Origin: Ruditapes philippinarum
Taxonomy: Eukaryota
Length of the DNA: 64,000 nucleotides
Assembly (NCBI RefSeq): GCF_026571515.1
Contig: NW_026858590.1
Coordinates: forward strand, 1-64,000
Reading direction: 5' to 3'
Every line of letters starts with the position of its first letter. Within the stretch, counting starts at the first letter, position 1. The position numbers and the translations under genes are program-made. This document shows positions 53,301 to 64,000 of the stretch, in pieces. The notes beneath the pieces are model-generated. The model was not told the DNA's origin. It worked only from the letters and a program-made list of their open reading frames with translations, and searched no databases.

Positions 53301-56300
53301 AAGTTGCAAAGCACACTCACTATTTATTCATTTGATCTAGTGACAATACAATTTGTTGTACGCTCAACAGAAAATTAAATTTAAGAGTTTGCTGTGTGTG
53401 CAAAATTGTATAAAGAAATATGACAGAAAAAAGAATAGTTATAATATCTTGTAAATACCTTTTAAGTAACCATATAATTAAATTATAATTAAAAAAGATT
53501 TGTACTTATTATTTAAACAATACACTCAAAACATAATTATACAGTTGATTTTATGAACAGAAATCCTGCGGGAACAATCAGACATCAAACAATAGAACAA
53601 AAATGTTAAGTATTTCATATGTAATATTGCAGAGAATTACTTCATTTCTCGAGGGGATAATGAAACCCGTGCAGTTAGTAGATACACGGTTGTATTGATA
53701 AAAGCTTTATATGTTTAATAAAACTATCCAGTTACGATGCTAGCTTAACTCTCTTTCAATGTGGACAAAACCATTCATCTTTCCTTTCAAAATAAGCACT
53801 GAATTAATAACGAAAAGTGCATTTCAATATCGCACCGCTGACTTGTTTGTGCTGGTCGCTTACGTATATTCAGGTGCCGCCAATATGCTTAATGCTAGGT
53901 TGGCCAAATGCTTAGGTTAGATATGCTGAAACTGCATAAATATATACAAAGAAATCGTATAAATAAGACGAAAACAACAGTTAAAAAAAGTTCTATACAG
54001 TTAGTGTTGTTCAGCTTTAAATCAAAATTAGATGTGAATATGTGACATGCGGCTGCATTATAAATTTGAAATTAATCCTCCCTCGAGAAATTTCTTCTGG
54101 TCTCTCCGTATTGTTAATTATAACACATTCTCTCCTTAGAAATTGTATATTGCTATAAGGCTATGTGCAGCAATTCAAATATAAAACTGTGCATTATTCT
54201 TGATAGAAATAATGAAGTTTTATTACAATATCTAGCCAAGATCAGGTTTCTGGTCTTAAGTTACATGATTATATTGTTTTGTTTCCGGTTTATTTTGCTG
54301 TTTTATCTTATCTATTTCTCGTTAATTGTTGAAACTGGATATTCAGCCTTTCTGTAGATATGAATTTAATCAGCAAATATATCCGTTAGTAAATTGACAA
54401 ACTCATTACAACCAATCAATTATTATTGTTCAGTCACTGAAAATCACCCGTTCAAATCACCTGTTTACAGACAAATACAGCTAGTTCTATTTCATTCGAA
54501 GTGCACGCAAATCACATTCAATAAAAAATATTAAAGTTAAGGATGTATCTTATATCCTGATCAGGTTTTAGAACTTGCAATTTCATATGCACAGCAATCG
54601 CATTCTAACAGCCTTTAAGCTTTTCTTACAAGGTCATTACTCTGGAAAATCAGTAGAGCAACATTAATCTGCTAGGCCTTTGCTTAATCAGACTCTTATT
54701 TCTTCTGATGTTTTTTATCCGTGTGACATTAGCTTTTACATTCGGTTGAGGACAAGAATTCTCTATAATATCGAATTTTAACCATGTTGTTTCAAGCGAT
54801 TCAGCGAAAAAGTGCATGCAGCAATACTGAGAGAAGGTAAATTTAACCACAGACATCTTCAGACCATGTTCGTTGATTACAATTCCGTGAGTTTAAGAAA
54901 TAAATTGTTTTACAAATTATTTATGAGACAATAGCGGTTCCTTTAAGGTGCCAAACATTCCTTTTTTTAACTTATCTGATATAGCTTGTTTTGAGATTTT
55001 CCACAAGCTGGTTTGAAAAAGTAATTTTTTAAAGTGTTCTTAATTTCAGCAATGCAATGAAAAATGACCGAACCGAATGTAAGAAATATACTACAAGCCA
55101 ACTTGAGTTTAGTGATGTAACATGATTTGTTAGAAGACGAAAATGTTTTATGGCATTGCTTTTATATTCAGCTGTAAACCTTCGTTCTGACAAAGTACAA
55201 TAAATATATTCAAAAACGTGCAAATATTCGTCATTTCAAATATCAATCCTGTTAAACTGTCAAGTTAACATGGAATATGATAGAACTGCTTCAAGTGCAC
55301 TGTCATCCTGGCTTGAACACCTGGAGCATATGATAGGTATTAATTGTTTCGTCCGTTGTATTGGCGACATATTTTAAAGCTATGTGCTGTACATTTAATG
55401 TAGCATTTTCAACTTATAAAGAAACAATTTTTTTTTGTATTTGGTTTAACTAATAATTTTATAGACATCCCGTGTTCTGTTTGTAAGTCAAGTACATTAA
55501 CGTATTAATACCAATTGCCTATTCTTATTAATACGAACATGAACTTTAATTTGTATATGTCTAGGTCTACTGAGAGCTTCCAGCATATATAGCCTCAGAG
55601 AAAAGAAAACATGTAAGACGAGGGTGATCTTTAAAAAATATTTCCGGGTATATAAAAACTCAAAGGCTTTTTTTTCTCAAGAAAGCAGAATATTTTCTTC
55701 CTTTTAATGTACTTATATATTCTAACAAATTGAGGTTTCTAATCTTCTTACTGAGGACTTGACATAAAACAGGAATAAAGTGTCTGAAATGTGCGCATAT
55801 TATCGTCTATAATTCGTCTTTATCAAAATCTCTTCTTTCAGTAGACAATTAATTCCCTCCCTGAAGCTAATACCTTTCTCGTAATTACTGACAGAATTGA
55901 CAGAATACGTATATGTCTGAATACAGTTGTCTGGTCTTTTTGCTTTTTTTGAGTTTAATACATTTCTGTTAACAAATGATAAAATCGTCATTTTTTTAAA
56001 TTATTACCTTAATTGACTCTAATTCGTCAGAGTTTTGGGTATAAATCGTTGAAAGAGTTTAAAATATTAATTTGAAGTCGATCATTTCTATGAATTGCAA
56101 TTATACCCAAATGCATAAAACGCAAGATGGCCTAGGTGGTCCTGCTATGAAACTATATGTGCTTTTTCCATTAAGTCGACTGAATGTGAGAACAACATGA
56201 TGACAAAATATTTAAACGGTAATATCGACAGCGATTTCACAGGTCACCCAATGGAAGACGTTAATGCAATCTAATTAATTGGTCAACAAATGAAGGTTTA

Positions 56301-57049
56301 TTCCCAATAATTAGCCAAGGCGACATTGATCGAAGTAAATTGCAGAGGCTCCTTTAAGGTGTTCACGAGATATAATCTAAAATATTGGTCTATTTAGTAG
56401 ATCAGTCTGTATCTGGACTTGGTAACCTTGACCCTTCAAATCTCATGTAAAAGAAGATACAAATAAAAGAAAAGTTAAAAGCGTGAAAAATATTGCTACG
56501 ATGACCTTAATCTAACCAGTCACAAAGGTAGAATTCCATTGGTCTATATCACTTCAAGTTACAAAATATCTCGATAGCCTGAGCCTTAAATCTCTACTTT
56601 ATGGGCCTCATGACTTAAATGCATGTATTTCTATATATTTTCTACAGACATGTTAGTTAACTGGAGAGGTTAGGTCATTTGGATTTGTCCAATTGTGTTC
56701 CTGTTGTTTGAACAAAGTCTTAGACGTCAATTGTTTCAACGGTATGCATTCAATTTTCTATATGATTTTATGCGGCATGGTATGAGGATTAAACGGGAAA
56801 CACTTGGTAGATATATTTTGGATATGTCACATGCTAAATGGTTAAACTCTAGACGTTTTTGTTCGACGAAGATTTTTTACTATATACCTTTTCTGTACAA
56901 ACTAATTACCTATAAAAATGGGTAATATAAATATTGTTTCTTCGTAAGTAAATTATTTCTTTCTTGCTTTTTTTTAAATCAAGTTATGTCAATAAAATCT
57001 TTTAAAACAAGACGTTATTTAATCAAAGAGATAACTTAATAGTTCTGGC

Positions 57050-57268
57050 AGTAGTCCTTTTGTTAATGGCAAGTCCCTAACCGCTGTGGGTTCGAATCCA
57101 ACTTTTGACATTTAGGGACTTTGGATTCTTCCATGTAAGGAAGGTAGCTTACGAAACGTCGGTGGTTCTATTCAGGTGCCCGTTCGTGTCTGAAATAATG
57201 CACGGAAGGGAACCTGAGGTATTCCTCCATTAGTCGACATATAAGGTGTTGGTTCGTCGTAAAACACA
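57050..57268 (+). mobile_element. tRNA-derived SINE (RUDI-like mollusc family)
   Basis: B box GGTTCGAATCC at 57089-57099, followed by the core GCTTACGAAACGTCGGTGGTTCTATTCAGGTGCCCG...GAAATAATGCACGGA and a 3' end CGTAAAACAC. The family name is from memory. Confidence 0.8.
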
Positions 57269-58679
57269 CCCGCCTCCAAAAGAAATGGCATATTTTAAAT
57301 ATCTAGCCTCTATTATTTGCAAAACAAAAAATGGCAAATAACCTAGTAAATTGTCAGAAATAATCAAACTGTTTGCATTACAGAAAAACTTTATATGAAC
57401 AATTTTAGCAATTTATTTAACATTTAAATGACAATTTTTGACCCAAAATATAAAGAAATCTTGAGGGTACAAATAGCAAGGTATCTATGTCAGTGCATTT
57501 TATATTACAATAAATTAAAGCAGAAATATTCCGTAATGCAGTCAGTAAAAATAGATGTAATCTATTTTTTCTCGAATATTTATAAGTGTCATCAGAGTGG
57601 GATTATTTGTCTTTCTGATAGTGGCATACTTCCTACAGATCATTGTCAGATGATATTCTAGATGATGGTTTGTTTCTACAAATCAATATAATTTACATAT
57701 TACAGTAACTGCTTTCTATATTTATTAAGAAGTGCATAAGTGCCCTTGAGGAATTTCTTAAATAATTGTATTGATATTTAAATTTGTGTTGGCTGTTTTT
57801 AATCTCGTATTTGTCCTATTAAATATTTTCTTAAATAATCTTTTTGCTAAACACTAGAGAATTCCACGGAAATTTCCTTCGAAGAAAAGTCTATACAAAA
57901 GCCAATTTCTTTGACAACTCACGTCTTTCGAAATCAAGCAGATAATCTCAATTCATACTTTTCAAGAATGCATCTGAGTTATTATAAAAAGACAAGGTGG
58001 TGGCCAATTCTCTTTCACTCATTGGAATCTTTTTTGGGGAGAAATAAACACGCGATGTGAATATATGTCGTCTGCTGTTCACACATCTTGAATGAGTCGA
58101 GCTCTTTGATTTAATTGTGCAAGATGACTATCAGTGTGCTTAGAACAATGAATATGCTGCGCTAACATTAAATAAAATGTGGTTTCCTTTTCCCTTTTCA
58201 TTATGGTTTATGCTTATTATACTCAGGCATATCAAAAGGCTTTATATTAATGCATATTTCCTCCTGAAAAATCTTTTAAAAAAACTATTGCATTCCCTAA
58301 ATGCAAATATTTCATAAAAAAATGTTTCAAACAGGGTGAAACAAATAAAATGACTCTGTTTTTACTGTTTTACTATTATATACTTATAAAATTTGCCAAA
58401 TATGAAATTTTCTGTAATTTGATTTGATATAAAACGGAATTTGGAAATTTGTAATATTTATATAAATATAAAAGACAAAATTAATCATTTAACATAAGGG
58501 ATCAATGGATATATCAAAGTGATAACTGTATAAAACAGGCAAAATATTATATATTGTCGCGTCAAACTATATGCACCCGTCGTTACATATCATTTTGGCG
58601 GATTAAGTAAAGCAGATGATGTGATAAAGATGTATGCCAAGACATTCTCTAGCTCTAGTTACTAATCAAACAAACATTT

Positions 58680-58910
58680 TGTAAAGGTCAATCTGACCAC
58701 GGGGACATTGACCTTTGATACACTGCACTCAAATAATCAAATGGCATTTAGAAGTAATGAATACCCTCTCTTCAAGATCTGATTTGAGTAATGTCAGCTA
58801 AATATTCTCTTGTTACTGAAAAGCTATTTGTGGTCAATATCTAAGTGATTGAACTCACCTAAAATTCAATGAGGGTCATTCACAGGCCAAAACCAACCTT
58901 CCAGCTTTAC
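58680..58910 (+). repeat. Highly decayed GACCTTGACCTTTGA-family (HINE satellite) remnant
   Basis: GACATTGACCTTTGA...CTCAAATAATCAAATGGCAT and CCTAAAATTCAATGAGGGTCAT resemble the 145-bp unit at 1.4-2.5 kb. Confidence 0.45.
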
Positions 58911-61900
58911 GTGAATGCTTTCAAATCAACATTGCTTTCAGTGGTCGAAGTTAACGTGACAAAAGTGATAAAACTATAATGACGATTTTTAAATAATTTT
59001 CTAAGATATCATTTTATTTTCTAACAAGCAATAGCACCTAGATTTAGTCATAAGTGTTGCACCAATAGATAATAAGGCACCTGTTGGTAATTGTGTCATT
59101 TAGCCTTGATATATTACGTTGAGGAAATTTCGAAACACGCACAATTGTCATGCCTTAGACAAAGTGCAAAATTGTAAAATGTTGTATTATGTAAAATTCA
59201 AAATCGTTGAAACAAAGTCTTTTTTTTATTAAGACGAGATCCTGTAGGTTCAAGTTGATATCCAACAATAGAACAGAAATGTTAAGTATTTCACATGTAA
59301 TATTGCAGATAATCACCTCATTTCTCAGGGGATAATGAAACCGTGCTGTTATTAAAGACACGATTATATTGATCGATAGCGGATACTAAATGTATTCGAT
59401 AAAGCTGTCCACTGCCCTCGTTTACTGCTAACCATGGTATATATATTAAATGGACTTAAATTGGGCACACCATTTATCATTTTAGCAAAATTTTCAAAAT
59501 AAGTACTGAATGAAATACGAACGGTCGGAAAAACAATTATGATGAGAGATTGCATAAACACGCTGGCTGATTTTGGTTTTCACTGGTTGCTTGGATTGTT
59601 TCAGTTGCCCTGAGCATGCCAAGGGTTAATATACTTTAATTGCTATAATATACAAAAATATCGTATAATTAAGATGGAAAACTTTTTAAAAGTTTCATGC
59701 AGTAATAAATATTACGCAGGTTTTAATCAAATAAGCTGTTGATATATGTTATGCGGTTGCATTTTGAATTTGCACTGAGTTTCCTTGGTGTTGAGATCAT
59801 TTCTTCTGGTCCCTCTAATGAATTTTCTCCTTAGAATTGAAAGATATATTGCCATTGCTTCAACAATTTAAAAAATTAAAATATGTGTGTTAAGTGCAGC
59901 ATTTTTGTTAAAAGTAAAAGTAATGAAGTTTTATTACAATATAATATAATAATAATTCAATCTTTATATACAGCCTTACAGCCATTCAATCCTTATATAC
60001 AGCCTTACAGCCTTTCTAACAATTGGGTGTTTTGTTTGAACAAATTATATGTACATGAAAAGATGAAACACATATCACATTAAAAACTTGAAAACGCGAT
60101 ACAAGTTTATGAGATATTCACTTAAAGTGTATAAGGCTATATATCAACTGCCTGTAGTTTACAAAATTATTAATTGCATGTCAAGATAAAAGATGCATAA
60201 AATAAAAATGTTGTATATTTTCTTTAGAGCGATAACCACATCTACTTGAAATAGCATAATATTTTGTTTCAGAACATTTTAGTTTATTTAGATGAAATAT
60301 TCATGTGCTTCAAATAAAGGGCACATTCTAAGGTTATACCTCTTTCAAGAATCAACCATTATGGAAAAAAAACACCTTAATTTTACCGTTTATAGATTTT
60401 ATAAATGTATCATTGATATCTAAATTTGTGTTGCTTTTGATCTGTTTGTCCTATCATAAAAATATTTTATAAGAAATAGCTTTATAGTCTTTCAAATGAA
60501 AGCCAACCTCAAAATTGAAAGCTTATTTAGTTACTTTAACGAGCTAAAATTCCACTTAATATGTGTCTGAAAGCTACTCAGGTTTCCCATATGTTGTCTA
60601 TTATTAATAAAGGACTAAAGAGCATTAACGATTTCAATTATTTATGATAATTGACGTAGCGAAAGATTAATGTAAGAGGAATTTAAAAAACATACAAATA
60701 TATGTTCTTGCAGGTAATAGTAAACAGACATTGTTTATCGCGGTAAGATAAAACAGATTTGTAGAACAAAAGAACGCAAGGAAAATAGACGTTTATGTTT
60801 ATAGCATACGTTAACCTATAAATTTCATTTTAATGTCAACCCTTAAGTACTTTAGCTTAAAACATGCAAATAGTTTATTTTTCAAGCAAAGTACAATGCA
60901 TGAAACTAATGTAACGTGTTTTTATCAAAATTACTAATAAAAAAGTAATTATCAATTTATTTTCCTATAATGTGGCTGTAACTGGTTTAAAAGATAGGAC
61001 GAAGCAGATGTCATATATTTTAGTGCAAAACGAGAAGTGATTGTATATATTCTTATCATATATTCTTATTCTTACATATTTATGTCAAACTTGGTAGTAG
61101 TGCTTTTCACTCAAATTGGACTCAGATCAGTATAAAAATACGATTTTTTCAATGTATTTCAGTTATAAATTGATCATAATCATAAAAATCAAAATCACTA
61201 GATTTACTCAATCAATTATTTGTATTCTGTTTTATTGTTAAAAGCCAATGTCAAGACTTGAAATTAGTTTTGAAAATTGAATTATCTAAATCTTTTAGTA
61301 CATTTGATAAATTTGATACCATCAACAGATTGGTCTAACAAAGTTTAATGTTAAACCATCCATAAATTCATAAAACAAGTCGTTACATGTTGATGACTAG
61401 TATTTTCAGCCGACCAAATCTTTTGAGCTTACTTGGTCGATTATCATCGGAAATATCTACAGACCATATTTGTTAATGATGTTTTTAAAATGTACATATG
61501 AGACGTATTTAACAAAAGCGGTCCTTAAAATGTGCCAAACACGAAATAATTGTATTACACACCAAGTTTTGAGATTATCTACAAATTGGTCCGCTAAAAT
61601 GTATTTAACATGTGTTCCTAATTTCAGCAGTACACTGAAAAATGGCCAAACAAAGTCATAGAACCAAACGTGCTATAAATATACTACTAAACTTAGGTTT
61701 GGTAATGAAACATATTGGTTAGAAGAAGGAAAAGATTTATGGTTTTGATTTTATATTTCAACTCTTAAAGGACAACCTAGTAAGATATGAGTAAATAACA
61801 GTTATACTTTAACAAGTGTATTATACAGGTACATTTGAAAATTCTAAACATATATTTGTTTCAGCGGGGAAGACTGATTCCAACATCCACCGTCATTCTG

Positions 61901-64000
61901 ACAAACCCATGTGCAACTAATTATATTCAATAATCGTGTAAATATTCGTCATATCAATTTGTAATCCTGTTAAACTATCACGTTTACACGGAATATTATA
62001 GCAAGTAGGAAAAATAACTGCTTCAAGCGCACTGTCATCCTGGATACATCTGGAGCATATGATAGGTATTGATTGGCCGTCTCGTCTCGTATTTTGCTTG
62101 CTTTCTTGTATTGGCGACATATTTCAAAGCTACGTGCTCTACATTTAGAATAGCATTTTCAACTTATAAAGAAAACTCTCTTTTTTCATGTATCTGGTTT
62201 AACTAACTATTTAATAGGTTTCTGTTTGTAGGTGAAATAACTTAACATGTTACCATAATGCCACAATGTCAATTACATAGTATCTATAACTTAAAGATAA
62301 ACTATGCTCAAATTTGATTTCGAAAATATTGATAATTGCTACACAGTCTCTTTGTAAATATAGAATAAGCATGTTTTGAGATCAAACAAAGTAGATATGA
62401 TATGTTTTAAATTGTATTCACTATAGGGGGACACAATATGAATATATAGTGCCTTTAAAAGAGGTTTCTTTAGAGAAAGGACCAACTTGACTTGACACAC
62501 AATAGGGAATGCAGCTTCCCATACATAGTTTGTACATTTTCATTCAAATATGACATATTCTAATCGTGCGGATTTCACAGATAAATTTCAGTGATAAAAA
62601 TATTTCAATCAAAGATGAGCATAGTATACCTCTAGGTTTTCAAGGCAGTTGCAATTGTGTTCAGAGACTAGTGAGAGCTTCCACAGAGAAAAGGAAACAT
62701 ATATGACGATGGTGATCTGTTTTGACAATTTTAATAATATCAAAAATATACTTCCGGGAATGATAAAGCTCTAAAACATTTTTCCAAGAAGCAGAATATT
62801 TTCTTCCTTTTAACGTACTTATATATTCTAACAAATTGAGGTTTCTAATCTTCTTACTGAGGACTTGACATAAAACAGGAATAAAGTGTCTGAAAATGGC
62901 ACATGTTATCGTCTATAATTCGTCTTTATCAAAATCTCTTCTTTCAGTAGACAATTAATTCCCTCCCTGAAGCTAATACCTTTCTCGTAATTACTGACAG
63001 AATTGACAGAATACGTATATGTCTGAATACAGTTGTCTGGTGTTTATAAATGATTATATCATTATTTTTTGTATTTTGACTATATTTTTTTTAGTTTTTC
63101 AGGTAAGAATCGTTGTCACAGTTAAGAATTTGAAATCAATCATCTTTGATTTGGAATTATTCTCAAATGCATAAAGAGGGCTACCCTGTATTGGAGACTA
63201 CTAATTGATCTTTTTCCTCTAAAAACGGCTGAATGTAGGAACGATTTTATAACAAAAGGTTTTAAAAGATATATTTGCCTCGGCATTATCAACAGTGACA
63301 TTACAGTTACCAAATGGAAAAAAAATTCGCAGGTACTTTATCTTGGTCAACAATTGAAGGGTTTACTTTGGATAATAAACATCCCTTTTAGCCAAAGTAA
63401 TATTGACTCACGTGAATGTTAATGGTCACTACAAGGCGTTTACGTGACTGCATATGTAAAATAACTATCTACAAAAAGTTGCAAAAGCAAAGCAATCTGT
63501 ATTTTACTTGGTTTACCTCGACCATAACAAGATCTTGAAACACAATCTAAAAATTGAGGCTCACGTTAGATACATACATACCAAACAACTAAAAACCAGT
63601 CAATACACAAAAGTCAGTGTGAAAAAAAGCTTCTATGACCTTGATCTTAACGTCAAATGTAGAGGTCCATGTGTCTATATGAAAAAAGTGAAAAGAAAAT
63701 CTCGATAGGCTGAGTCTTGACTCTAGTGGCCTTAAACCCTTAATTTAGTGACCTCGTGGTCTCTGATTGTATTCTCAATAGACATGTCAATAAACAGGTC
63801 AAACATCTTAATATCTTTCCTTATTAGAGTCTATGCAACATGAAATTATTGAATGATTCAAGCGACATGGTATCGGGTTCATTAGACAGAATGCACTTGG
63901 TAGAGACATCGCATGCTAAAGGCTTATCTATCTAACCTCTATTATTTGCATAATAAACTATGACATTGCTTAGAAAATTATCGGAAACAAACTGTTAGCA

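Larger units (their letters stand above)
53560..63950. repeat. Older direct duplication: ~53560-56900 versus ~59250-63950
   Basis: Colinear anchors 53588/59264, 54211/59922, 55050/61630, 55683/62788 and 56770/63860. Roughly 70-75% identical by eye, with indels. Confidence 0.88.

Overview
AT-rich eukaryotic, almost entirely non-coding DNA. The repeat families (GACCTTGACCTTTGACC-type 145-bp satellite inside a HINE, palindromic GAGCCGCGCCATGAC MITE, RUDI-like tRNA-derived SINE) suggest a bivalve mollusc, probably a venerid-like clam; this is recognition from memory, not a database result. Bases 1-35640 form a tandem array of about 5.2-7 kb units (five full, one partial) carrying unit-specific transposon insertions, deletions and an inversion. 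The array ends exactly at the GT donor of the only convincing host exon (35641-35818, minus strand, MAAANQLQLP...). After a spacer of about 6 kb holding a 580-bp nested palindrome and a minisatellite, bases 41.8-64 kb consist of further duplications that appear by eye to be older, inverted homologues of the same unit, so the locus looks like two head-to-head arms of one ancient non-coding repeat. The only long ORFs belong to a 5'-truncated, frameshifted LINE. No complete gene, rRNA, functional tRNA or CRISPR array is seen. No new biological system is demonstrated. The best leads are the two-armed repeat architecture, a 33-nt splice-flanked cassette repeated once per unit, a templated insertion that copied both ends of the host exon, and a near-identical 250-bp island between diverged duplicates. 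All identities are estimates by eye.
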